Part shown: in pieces, positions 55,359-64,000 of the stretch | How the letters are laid out: every line of letters starts with the position of its first letter | How positions within the stretch are numbered: position 1 is the stretch's first letter | NCBI GenBank assembly: GCA_041651055.1 | Contig: JBAZJW010000001.1 | Location: 536,506 to 600,505, forward strand | DNA from: Minisyncoccota bacterium | GTDB taxonomy: Bacteria; Patescibacteriota; Minisyncoccia; Phycocordibacterales; UBA5272 | DNA: 64,000 nt | Reading direction: 5' to 3' | The notes under the pieces: model-generated | What the model was told of the DNA's origin: nothing | What the model saw: only the letters and a program-made list of their open reading frames with translations | The model's database searches: none | Position numbers and translations under genes: made by a program

Positions 55359-55938
55359 GGAGATGGTGTGTGAGCGCTCGAAGCTTTTTGAGTGCGCGCT
55401 CTTTTATTTTGCGAACGGCCACTTCTTCTTTTTCTATAATATCCGATATCTCCTTGTAACTACGCTCTCCATAAAAATAGAGGCGTATCACCTCTTGTTC
55501 ATCCTGTGTGAGTGCTGGCAAGAACGTGTCTATCGTTTCGGCGAGCAGTCGCACATGTGCGTCGTCAAGCGTGTCGACGGAGTCATCTTTTGTCGTTTCG
55601 AAGAGTGTTTCGTCAAAAGAGATAGAGGACTTCTTTTCCGCGTGATTGATGAGCAGCCTCTTTCCTATTGTAAAAAGATAGGCAAGAGGAGACTTCTCAG
55701 GTTCATACGAAGGAAGGGCTTTATAGAAATTAAGAAAGGACTGTTGGCAAATATCTTGGGCAAGCTCTTTATCGTGACATTTTGAAAAAATGTAACGAAA
55801 GAGTGGGGCATACAAAAGCTCGTACACCACTTCAAAAGACTTCGCGTCCCCGTTTTTAGCGGAATATATAAGCTTTCTCAGTGATTCTGTATCCCCCACA
55901 CCATATATAACCGGCGTTTCTTTATTTTGTGACAGCAT
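55345..55938 (-). CDS. ECF-type RNA polymerase sigma-70 factor.
   Basis: 197 aa; region 2 (FEVVYELLYAPLFRYIF) and region 4 (GERSYKEISDIIEKEEVAVRKIKERALKKLR) recognisable. Confidence 0.8.
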   Translation of the reverse strand: MLSQNKETPVIYGVGDTESLRKLIYSAKNGDAKSFEVVYELLYAPLFRYIFSKCHDKELAQDICQQSFLNFYKALPSYEPEKSPLAYLFTIGKRLLINHAEKKSSISFDETLFETTKDDSVDTLDDAHVRLLAETIDTFLPALTQDEQEVIRLYFYGERSYKEISDIIEKEEVAVRKIKERALKKLRALTHHLHEGH

Positions 55939-57064
55939 CTATACCGACCAGTGTACCAGAAGCGAGGAAGTCGAGCATTGCCCCGCCACCGAGTGAAACA
56001 AAGGAGAATTTTCGAAGCAAATGAAGTGAATGAGCCACAGACACAGTGTCCCCTCCTCCGACATACGAAGTTACTTCTCTATTTGCAAGCTTGGTGAGAA
56101 TTTGTTCGCTGCCATGAAGCCATCCTTTTTCATAAAGTCCGAGTGGTCCGTTTAAGATGACGGTTTTTGATGTTGCAAAAAGTTCATCTACCATCGCTAC
56201 GGTTTCGTTACCACAGTCCACTACCACACCATCCGGAGGTATAGATGAGACGGAAACAGTTTCACCTGTTGAGAGTACGACATCTTTCGGTGTGAGAAGG
56301 AGTGGGTGATTGATAAGTGTTTCAGACAGAAGAAATTTCGGATCGTACAAACTTTTTCCAATTTCAAAACCTTTTTGTCTCCAAATATTGTGCACCATCG
56401 CTCCACCCACAAAGACCCTTACACCTTTATCAAGGTAATGTTCTATGAGAGAAAGCTTTGTCGAAATTTTCGCACCACCCACCACAAGGAGTGCTGGCTT
56501 TTCTGGCGTGAGAGCGCGAGTGAGATTTTCTAATTCACGCGTGAAGGTCGGCCCAAAATAACAGAGCATGTGCTCGGCAATGCCGACGACGCTCGCATGT
56601 TCTCTGTGCGAAACCGAAAAGGCTTCATTAATAAAAATACCACCAAGAGTAGCGAACGATCGTGCAAGCGATGGAAGGTTTTCTGTTTCACCTTTCCACA
56701 TACGCACATTCTCCAATAGCATCCCCTCTCCGCGATTGAGTGCGTGTGCATGATTTTTTAGAACATTAAAATCAAGAGATGTGTCAAAGGTGATGTATGG
56801 AAGTGCTCGCGTCACATGGTCTGCGATGGGCTGTAGACTTTCCCCTTTTTCTCCGAAATGTGTCAGGAGTATTATTTTTGCTCCAGCAAAAGAAAGTTCT
56901 TGAAGAAGTGGAACGGTGACATCGAACCTGCTCGTATCAGTGATTTTGCCGTTTGTTATGGGCATATTCCAGTCGACACGCACAATAACGCTTTTATCTT
57001 TGAAGGTTTTTATGTCAGGGAGAAGATGGTTTTTCCACAAAGTGTTCATAGAAAGTTGAGTCAC
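55922..57064 (-). CDS. pgk: Phosphoglycerate kinase.
   Basis: 380 aa; VIVRVDWNMP, GGGDTVS; followed by tpiA. Confidence 0.9.
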   Translation of the reverse strand: MTQLSMNTLWKNHLLPDIKTFKDKSVIVRVDWNMPITNGKITDTSRFDVTVPLLQELSFAGAKIILLTHFGEKGESLQPIADHVTRALPYITFDTSLDFNVLKNHAHALNRGEGMLLENVRMWKGETENLPSLARSFATLGGIFINEAFSVSHREHASVVGIAEHMLCYFGPTFTRELENLTRALTPEKPALLVVGGAKISTKLSLIEHYLDKGVRVFVGGAMVHNIWRQKGFEIGKSLYDPKFLLSETLINHPLLLTPKDVVLSTGETVSVSSIPPDGVVVDCGNETVAMVDELFATSKTVILNGPLGLYEKGWLHGSEQILTKLANREVTSYVGGGDTVSVAHSLHLLRKFSFVSLGGGAMLDFLASGTLVGIDAVTK

Positions 57065-57849
57065 TAAGCGCTATGACACGAAATGATAATATCAGAAAAT
57101 GTAGTGACATCTTGCGACGCTCTCCCGATGAGAAGGCCGTCAACACCTCCTTCTTCGAGATATACTTTTGCATTTTCCTTGGTCACTGTTCCGCCATAGA
57201 GAATGTGAACTTTCTTTGCATGGTCGATACCCACAAGCGACGCGAGTGCGCGACGAAGCGCAATAACCACCTCGAAACATTCAAGCGGTGTTGCAGGAGT
57301 GTTGCCCCCTATTGCCCATACAGGTTCATAGGCAATGATGAGATTGGTAAAGAGAGTACGAGCGACAAGTGAGAGAGATTCTTTAATATCTTCTTCAAGT
57401 TCTGCTAAATAATTTCCTTCTTTGTCTCGTGTGTGTTCGCCGACGCACAGAATAGTGGTGAGTTTTGATTGCAGGGATAGTGCGACTTTGTGGGCTCTGT
57501 CGTCCCCTGTTTCGCCACGAGCACGCACCTCACTGTGTCCGATGATGGTGAAGTCTGCGCCGGCTGAAATGAGTTGTGAAGGAATAGTCACACCCGTTTC
57601 TTGTCCAAGTGTGACGCCAGAAACGTTTTGTGATCCGATAAAACCGGAGGCAATGGTTTCGTTTAGATGTGGAATGAAAATATCCGGCACCGCGAGGTAA
57701 TAGGATTTTTTTGGAAGAGCAACTTTATGTTTTGTTTTTGCGGTGTCGCACTTTTTGTCGAGCTGCTTAACGAACTTCATCGCTTCAGCAAGTGTGGCTG
57801 GTGTTGTTTTCCAGTTGCCAACGATGATGGGGGTACTGCGTTTAATCAT
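57064..57849 (-). CDS. tpiA: Triosephosphate isomerase.
   Basis: Start trimmed to MIKRSTPIIVGNWK; AYEPVWAIGG, YGGTV. Confidence 0.9.
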   Translation of the reverse strand: MIKRSTPIIVGNWKTTPATLAEAMKFVKQLDKKCDTAKTKHKVALPKKSYYLAVPDIFIPHLNETIASGFIGSQNVSGVTLGQETGVTIPSQLISAGADFTIIGHSEVRARGETGDDRAHKVALSLQSKLTTILCVGEHTRDKEGNYLAELEEDIKESLSLVARTLFTNLIIAYEPVWAIGGNTPATPLECFEVVIALRRALASLVGIDHAKKVHILYGGTVTKENAKVYLEEGGVDGLLIGRASQDVTTFSDIIISCHSA

Positions 57850-58206
57850 AGAAAAAGTATACCATAAGAGAAAAGTCATAATTTACTTCATCTGCTTTGT
57901 TGCGGAAGATTTTTGCTCCCGCAATGTACTACTCGTACATCTTAGTCACAAAAATCTTCCGCGCCTCGCATCTCGAGTCAGCTTGGCTGCGAAGATGTTC
58001 GAAGCTAGAAAGCTGAGAACTAAGCAAATTCTTAATTTTCTCAACAATCGTATTGGCGCGCGTCATTTTTTCAATTTCTAAAAATTCTCAAATTCTGTGT
58101 ATCTGGTATCTTGGGTAATTTCTGGAATTTTCGCACCGTGTTCACGTAATGTTTTAAAAACGAGAAATAAAAAAGCGGACGCAGCACAGCTGCGTCCGTC
58201 TTGGTT

Positions 58207-58800
58207 TTACCCTTCTTCTGCTGGGTCGTAAGACAGCATTCGCCAGCCACGTTTGTACTTGGTGTACAAATTGAGGAAGACAGAATGAAAGTACAGAGCA
58301 GGTTCGTATCGACTTTTTTCGATGATACGCAAAACTTCCTTGTCCTTCGAAAGGTTACCCCCTCCATAAACTGTTATGTGGGGGCGATATTCATCTGGAA
58401 TTGCTTCACGAGGAAATATTCCAGCCGAGATAAGGTTTTCGCGCACCCTCTTTACGTAAACCTCCCAACTTTCTCGAGAAGATGAAGCCTCTACAGGGAA
58501 ATGGAGGAATTCCATTCCTTGAAATTCCATAATCGCCAATCCTCGTATCGAAAAAAGGGTTGTGTTTATTGGGTGACTCGAAAGAAGTCCAGCAAAACAT
58601 CCTCCCAAGTTGAGGTCTGAGGCTTCCTCGTAGGAGGCCATGAATGGTGGCATGACCGTAATATGTCGATCCTGCCTTTCCTCATGTTTTTTCCCGAACG
58701 ATGAAAAGACAAGCTTTTCATAGGCATCTATTCGGCTGAGAGCTTGACGAGAGGCGACCGCTGCCCCTAGGAAATATTTGGACCGAGTCGTTGTTGTCAT
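58207..58800 (-). CDS. 2H phosphoesterase / 2'-5' RNA ligase family protein (LigT/ThpR-like).
   Basis: Two H-x-T-x motifs (RHITVMPPF, PHITVYGGG). Start trimmed to MTTTTRSKYF, with GGGGAGA ribosome-binding site. Confidence 0.65.
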   Translation of the reverse strand: MTTTTRSKYFLGAAVASRQALSRIDAYEKLVFSSFGKKHEERQDRHITVMPPFMASYEEASDLNLGGCFAGLLSSHPINTTLFSIRGLAIMEFQGMEFLHFPVEASSSRESWEVYVKRVRENLISAGIFPREAIPDEYRPHITVYGGGNLSKDKEVLRIIEKSRYEPALYFHSVFLNLYTKYKRGWRMLSYDPAEEG

Positions 58801-59031
58801 GTTCTTCTCCCCTCTGAAATTGTTAACGAACAGTGTTTGCTGCAATCCTACACAAAGATATGAAGAGGTGCAAGAAAAAGCTTGCTTTTCATTGTGAATA
58901 TGGTATAGTAAAGAGGTATACGGATGTGCGTGTGAGTCGGCCTAGGGCCGGCCATTTTTTTATCAAAATTGTAAAGTTTCAGTTCAAAGTATCGGTGAAT
59001 ATCCTTGTATTTCAATGTATTTTGTATTTTC

Positions 59032-59070
59032 ACTAAAAACTAAAAACTAAAAACTAAAAACTAAAAACTA
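59032..59070 (+). repeat. Tandem heptamer (ACTAAAA) x about 5 immediately upstream of nusA.
   Basis: CACTAAAAACTAAAAACTAAAAACTAAAAACTATTTACC-ATG; related AAAACT(T/A)AAAACT inverted blocks at 46408-46430 and 46583-46612 and near ppa (60440-60465). Confidence 0.7.
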
Positions 59071-59076
59071 TTTACC

Positions 59077-60417
59077 ATGTTAGACATCAAAGCGTTAAAG
59101 ATTGCCCTCGAGCAACTTGAACAAGAAAAGAAAATTGGTCATGAAAAGGTTGTGGATGCAGTAGAAAAATCTCTTGCAGCAGCGTACCAGAAGGAATACG
59201 GAAAGCGCGGACAGATAGTTCGTTGCCAAATAAACTTCGAAACAGGTGAAACTCAGTTCGAACAGGTGAAAATTGTTGTTGATGAAACAACAGTACGCAT
59301 GCCAGTTGAAGGCGAAGAAGAAGTCTTCGAGCCGACAAATGCTGCTCTTGAAGCAGAAACGGCAGAAGGATTGCTCCCTCGTTACAACGAAGAGCGTCAT
59401 ATTTTGCTTTCAACAGCGAAGCTTCTCAAGAAGAATGCTGAGCTCGAAGAAGAAATCGTATTCCCGCTAGATAATCAGGATGACTTCGGTCGTATCGCTG
59501 CACAAACGGCGAAGCAGGTTATCGTACAGAAGCTTCGTGAAGCGGAACGCGAATCAATCGTAGGAGAATTTACCGATAAAGAAAACACTATCGTATCCGG
59601 TGTCGTTCAGCGTGTTGAACGTGGAACGGCATTCATCGATCTCGGTCGTACAACAGCTATTCTTCCCTTTGAAGAACAAATTCCTTCAGAGAGACTTCGT
59701 CCTGGTGAGCGTGTGCGTGCGTACCTCTTCTCTATCGAAGAAGGTTTCCGCGGACTCTCTATCCGTCTCTCACGAACACATCCGAAATTCTTGATTGAAC
59801 TTTTCAAAAATGAAAGTGCAGAAATTGCAGCTGGTACGGTAGAAATCGTAGCCGTTGCTCGTGAACCAGGATCCCGTTCGAAGATTGCTGTGAAGTCAAA
59901 CGATGAACGTATCGATCCGATCGGAGCCTGTGTCGGTCAGCGTGGTGTGCGAGTATCTGCCATTACAGATGAACTTTCTGGTGAAAAGATTGATGTTATC
60001 GAATGGTCAGACGACTCTCGCCGCTTCATCGCGACAGCACTTTCTCCTGCAAAGGCTCTTTCTATTGAATTAAATGAAAGCGAAAAGAAGGCAGTTGTAA
60101 CCGTTGCTCCAGAAGAACAGTCTCTCGCTATCGGTAAAGGTGGACAGAACGTTCGTCTTGCCGCGAAGCTTACTGGTTGGAAAATCGATATCGTTTCTGG
60201 TGGTGAAATGATTGCCGAAGCAGACCAGGAAGGTGCTTTCACCGATCAGAGTGGTGTTGTTGATGAAACAATCGATGAACAAGCAGAAGAAGTTCTTGCG
60301 GCCTTGAATGTTATTGAAGAAGTAACACCAAAGAATGCAGAACTCGATAAAGAATCCATGCCAGAAGTTGCTGAAGAAGTAGTTGCAACCGCAGAAGTAG
60401 TTGAAGAAGTTAAATAG
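59077..60417 (+). CDS. nusA: Transcription termination/antitermination factor NusA.
   Basis: 446 aa; S1 and two KH regions (GACVGQRGVRV, IGKGGQNVRLAAKLTGWKIDI); acidic C-terminal tail. Confidence 0.88.
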   Translation: MLDIKALKIALEQLEQEKKIGHEKVVDAVEKSLAAAYQKEYGKRGQIVRCQINFETGETQFEQVKIVVDETTVRMPVEGEEEVFEPTNAALEAETAEGLLPRYNEERHILLSTAKLLKKNAELEEEIVFPLDNQDDFGRIAAQTAKQVIVQKLREAERESIVGEFTDKENTIVSGVVQRVERGTAFIDLGRTTAILPFEEQIPSERLRPGERVRAYLFSIEEGFRGLSIRLSRTHPKFLIELFKNESAEIAAGTVEIVAVAREPGSRSKIAVKSNDERIDPIGACVGQRGVRVSAITDELSGEKIDVIEWSDDSRRFIATALSPAKALSIELNESEKKAVVTVAPEEQSLAIGKGGQNVRLAAKLTGWKIDIVSGGEMIAEADQEGAFTDQSGVVDETIDEQAEEVLAALNVIEEVTPKNAELDKESMPEVAEEVVATAEVVEEVK

Positions 60418-60471
60418 TATTTGTAATTTGTATTACTACAACCTAAAACCTATACACTAAAAACTATACCT

Positions 60472-61005
60472 ATGAATTTACTCCACGATATTACCCCTGG
60501 TTCAAATGTGCCAAATGAAATCAACGTTATTATTGAAATCAACAAAGGTTCAAAAAATAAGTATGAGATCGATAAGGCTACAGGGCTTATCAAGCTTGAT
60601 CGTGCAATGAAAACATCTCAGGACTATCCATTTGATTATGGGTTCGTTCCTCAGACACATTGGCACGATGGAGATCCTCTTGATGTTGTTCTTCTTACAA
60701 CATATCCACTTATTCCTGGTATCCTAGTGGACGCGCGCCCTGTTGCTGTCATGGATATGATTGATGGTGGCGAGAGTGATGCCAAGATTATCGCGGTCCC
60801 TGTAAACGATGTTCGTTTCAAAAATGTGAAAGATATCGGAGACCTCAACGAGCACACACTTAAAGAAATTGAACATTTCTTTTTGACATATAAGTCAATC
60901 GAAAACAAAGTTGTAACTATCCCTACAATACGTGACGCAAAAGCTGCAATGGAAGTGGTTATCGAAGGTGTAGAGCTTTACAAAAAAGAATTTAACAAGA
61001 ATTAA
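60472..61005 (+). CDS. ppa: Inorganic pyrophosphatase (family I).
   Basis: 177 aa; DYGFVPQT, DGDPLDVV. Confidence 0.9.
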   Translation: MNLLHDITPGSNVPNEINVIIEINKGSKNKYEIDKATGLIKLDRAMKTSQDYPFDYGFVPQTHWHDGDPLDVVLLTTYPLIPGILVDARPVAVMDMIDGGESDAKIIAVPVNDVRFKNVKDIGDLNEHTLKEIEHFFLTYKSIENKVVTIPTIRDAKAAMEVVIEGVELYKKEFNKN

Positions 61006-61077
61006 TCATTTAGTTTCCTGCTACGGTCATTAGTATTTTACTAAAGGCTACGAGCTATAAGCTAACAGCTATCCCCT

Positions 61078-62154
61078 ATGAAGATTGAAAAAAAAGATTT
61101 ACCAAAGTCAGAAGTAGAATTTAAAATTATCGTTGATGCAGACGAATTCGCCGCACATCACGCGAAAGCGCTTGCAAGTATTCAGCAAGTTGTAGAAGTT
61201 GATGGTTTCCGAAAAGGAAATGCGCCTGAAGATCTTATCGTAAAGAAATACGGTGACATGATTATTCTCGAAGAGATGGCGAACATCGCTCTCCGTGAGG
61301 CATATGTGAAAGCTGTTGAAGAACACAAGGTCTCCCCTATTTCAGACCCACAGGTGACCATTACGAAGATCGCGAAAGGAAACCCTCTCGAACTCACCAT
61401 CGTTGTTCCTGTTATCCCAGAGCTTACGCTTCCTGCATACAAGAAACTTGCGAAGGAAGTGAGTGCCGGTGATGAGAAAATAGAAGTGACAGACAAAGAC
61501 ATTGAAGATGTTCTCGAAGAGCTTCGCAAAGGACGTGCTACACAGCACACCCACGAGCACAACGAGAATTGTAATCATGTTGAGGAAGCGAAGGAGGGCG
61601 ATGCTGCAGAATCTAAAGACGAGACAGTGTTACCAGAACTAAACGATGAGTTCGCTCAGAGTTTTGGTTCTGATTTCAAGAATCTTGTAGAGCTTAAGTC
61701 AAAAGTTGGTGAAAATCTTAAACTTGAGAAAGAACAGAAGCTTCGCGAAAAGCGCCGCAGCGCAATTATGGAAAAGTTGATAGCTGAAACAAAAGCCGAA
61801 CTTCCAGAAGTGATTGTTGAAGATGAGCTTCGTACCATGCTTGCACAAATGAAGCAGGACATCACTCGTTTCGGTGGAACATGGGAAGAGTATCTCGCGC
61901 ATGCCAAGAAAACAGAAGAGCAGTTGAAGGATGATTGGCGAAATGACGCGGTGAAGCGTGCAATGAGTCAGCTTATCTTGCACAAGATTGCTCAGGCGGA
62001 AAAGCTTTCTGCAACCGATGAGGAAATCGAAGTGGAACTTGTGCGTGTGCTAGCAACGGTGCAGGATGCGGATGAGGAACGAGCAAAGTCGTACCTGTTC
62101 CAGGCGCTCACCAACGAAAAGGTATTGAAATTCTTGGAGAACACCGAGGCATAA
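61078..62154 (+). CDS. tig: Trigger factor (short form; PPIase domain apparently reduced).
   Basis: 358 aa; N-terminal ribosome-binding domain (GFRKGNAP); long C-terminal helical domain. Confidence 0.75.
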   Translation: MKIEKKDLPKSEVEFKIIVDADEFAAHHAKALASIQQVVEVDGFRKGNAPEDLIVKKYGDMIILEEMANIALREAYVKAVEEHKVSPISDPQVTITKIAKGNPLELTIVVPVIPELTLPAYKKLAKEVSAGDEKIEVTDKDIEDVLEELRKGRATQHTHEHNENCNHVEEAKEGDAAESKDETVLPELNDEFAQSFGSDFKNLVELKSKVGENLKLEKEQKLREKRRSAIMEKLIAETKAELPEVIVEDELRTMLAQMKQDITRFGGTWEEYLAHAKKTEEQLKDDWRNDAVKRAMSQLILHKIAQAEKLSATDEEIEVELVRVLATVQDADEERAKSYLFQALTNEKVLKFLENTEA

Positions 62155-62317
62155 ATTGGCGTACTTCTCGTTGTGTTTGCAAAAATACTTCTCATCGTAC
62201 AAGTTAGTACGCCTCGTAGCATTTTTGCAAATACAACTTCGAATTACACCCAATTTCTGCCTCGGCTGACGTGAGCATTTCTTGTGTAAGTAAAAAAATA
62301 CAAACACGAAACACAAT

Positions 62318-62350
62318 ACAAAAGCGAACCCTTACGGGTTCGCTTTTGTA
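62318..62350. terminator. Bidirectional terminator AAAAGCGAACCCttacGGGTTCGCTTTT.
   Basis: Read directly between tig (+) and doxX (-). Confidence 0.6.
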
Positions 62351-62390
62351 TTTGCTTTAAGCTTTTAACTTCAAGCCTCCAGCTGTCCCC

Positions 62391-62828
62391 TTACGCCTTT
62401 GGATTAAGTGTATAGCATCGTCCACAACTGCACGCTCCTGTCGTAGCCAAGATACCACCGATGATTGCGATATTCTTGAGTGCCATAACGAGGTTCATGC
62501 CTGAGTTGATATCACGGTGAACGAGAACAGTTGCCACCACAGTGAAGGCAACGAGTATTCCCCCTGTAATACAGACACGGTATCCCCATGCGTAGGCGAT
62601 TGCCACAGGAATTTCGATAATAATAACAAGCGCTGTAACGAGAGAAACAAGAGGAATACCAAGTGTTCCAATTGCTACAGCAGTATTATTGAACGATTCC
62701 CCAATGCTTCCCAATGAAGAAAGTATTGTTGAAGGTGCGAAAATATTGATGCCTAGTTTTTGTAAACCTGCAACTACGAAAAGTAGTGCAATAAGAATTC
62801 GTGAGGTAAGAGCGTAATTGAATTTCAT
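62391..62828 (-). CDS. DoxX family membrane protein.
   Basis: Start trimmed to MKFNYALTSRILIALLFVVAGLQKL; 4 TM helices. Confidence 0.7.
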   Translation of the reverse strand: MKFNYALTSRILIALLFVVAGLQKLGINIFAPSTILSSLGSIGESFNNTAVAIGTLGIPLVSLVTALVIIIEIPVAIAYAWGYRVCITGGILVAFTVVATVLVHRDINSGMNLVMALKNIAIIGGILATTGACSCGRCYTLNPKA

Positions 62829-62884
62829 AAAAATTGACGATAAAGCCCTTTCGGGATGACTAAAGTGTAACACGCTACAGGTTC

Positions 62885-63589
62885 TTATTGTAAAACGAAT
62901 GCACAGGCGACTATCGCCGCCGTTTCAGCACGAAGTACTGTTTCCCCTAGTTTTACAGTCTTGACTTCTTTTGATGCGAAAAGTTCTTCTTCTTTTTCAC
63001 TCCACCCTCCTTCGGGCCCAATGAATAGTCCTATACTTTTCGCATCACGAAGTTCTTTTTTGACAGTTTCATTGTTCAATGAAACGCCACCCATCTGTAA
63101 AAGGTATGAAACATCGTGAACGAAAGGTATCTCGCACACCTGTGCAAGTGAAACAATGGGCATAATTGTTGGAATATCCCCTCGTCCGCATTGCTCTGCG
63201 GCTTCGGTCACTATTTTGTGTAATCGTTCTTCGTTTAATCCTTTCTTTTCTGATCGTTCTGAAACGATAGGCACGATAGTGGAAACGCCAAGCTCCGTTG
63301 CTTTTTGTGCAACGAGTTCGAAGTTATCTTTCTTGATAAGAGAAAGGTACAGTGTCACAGAAGTCTGTGGCATGTATGAAGGGGTAAGCTTACTACGAGT
63401 AAGAATTACTTCTTGTGGCGAAAGAGATTCAATGGCACACGTGTAATCATTACCATCCCCATTAAAGAGGATAACAAAATCACCTTGTGTATATCGGAAA
63501 ACTTTTGCCCACTGTTTTATGAGAGAAACGTCATCAATGACAACATCTTCACCAAGAGGTTGTTCTACGTAAAAGCGATGTAATCGCAT
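62885..63589 (-). CDS. rsmE: 16S rRNA (uracil1498-N3)-methyltransferase RsmE.
   Basis: 234 aa; MRLHRFYV N-terminus; C-terminal FIGPEGGWSEKE. Confidence 0.85.
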   Translation of the reverse strand: MRLHRFYVEQPLGEDVVIDDVSLIKQWAKVFRYTQGDFVILFNGDGNDYTCAIESLSPQEVILTRSKLTPSYMPQTSVTLYLSLIKKDNFELVAQKATELGVSTIVPIVSERSEKKGLNEERLHKIVTEAAEQCGRGDIPTIMPIVSLAQVCEIPFVHDVSYLLQMGGVSLNNETVKKELRDAKSIGLFIGPEGGWSEKEEELFASKEVKTVKLGETVLRAETAAIVACAFVLQ

Positions 63590-64000
63590 AAGTAAACACT
63601 ACAGCGAGCAAAAAGACATTGCAATACAAACGAAGAGACAATATTTATGAAGGACAAATGAAGACATTAAAAAGTAAAAGACAGTTATCCACACCCTACC
63701 CCTTGCATATAAAAGACATCGTAGTATTATTAAGGACAGGGAAGATTTAAAGACAGATTGACGTGACCGGCTACGCTCCTCCGAAGCATCAACATCGGTT
63801 TTCAAGGCTCGCGCACTCACATCTCTCTCACATCTTGCCCAGAATTGTTCTTTACACAGTGTACGTTACGGTTGATCACTAATATCCGTAACACAATAGA
63901 CCCCTTAGGTCTTGCATGGTTCCTCTTTTGTTGGATCTCCTCTAGTTTGTGAAAACTATATGTAGTAACAATAACTCTCTTTTATGAGAATCCCCTGCCT

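Noticed and set aside
63600-64000. Possible rRNA, RNase P or tmRNA gene at the window end
   Set aside because: No match by eye to conserved 16S 3' end (GGATCACCTCCTT), 23S 5' end, the RNase P P4 region or the tmRNA tRNA-like end.

Overview
This window looks like a low-GC (about 40%), Shine-Dalgarno-poor bacterial chromosome segment with a gene repertoire typical of a Candidate Phyla Radiation-like organism (CPR/Patescibacteria); no phylogenetic analysis was done. The gene set is polA, tsaE, ruvBC, tyrS, a class-A PBP, dnaN-dnaA divergent from rpmH-rnpA-yidC, ksgA, uvrD, comM, rpsO, xerC, xthA, an ECF sigma factor, pgk-tpiA, nusA, ppa, tig and rsmE. The chromosomal origin is likely at the dnaA-dnaN locus, where perfect DnaA boxes sit between the two genes.

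The main accessory region is a contiguous minus-strand operon block of about 14.3 kb (21.8-36.1 kb) encoding a minimal type-IV-secretion-like apparatus:
- a VirB4-family ATPase, a VirB3-like protein and a VirB6-like polytopic protein;
- many secreted or membrane proteins of unknown function;
- two peptidoglycan hydrolases (lytic transglycosylase and M15 peptidase) that share a nearly identical 5' module of about 320 bp;
- no relaxase or coupling protein.
The block is bracketed exactly by two inverted copies of a 115-148 nt hairpin-forming repeat.

A second accessory feature is a GC-rich, Ala-rich three-gene island (7.0-9.4 kb) of secreted or lipoproteins with a shared C-terminal Cys motif. Unlike most genes in the window, these three have strong AGGAGG ribosome-binding sites. 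Two of them also have a duplicated promoter module, and a conserved three-palindrome element lies upstream of the two lipoprotein genes.

Several intergenic repeat families are visible:
- GTTAGG/CCTAAC palindromic modules around terminator hairpins;
- an AATATTCAA palindromic motif;
- ATTACAATGACCGTCATTG palindromes inside the T4SS-like block;
- AAAACTA tandem repeats.

Other features are a tRNA-Lys followed by a 30-bp perfect palindrome, a 965-aa Cys/Thr-repeat surface protein and a 1466-aa giant protein. No CRISPR array, rRNA gene or recognisable transposase was seen. Coordinates of small non-coding features are hand-counted and may be off by a few nucleotides.
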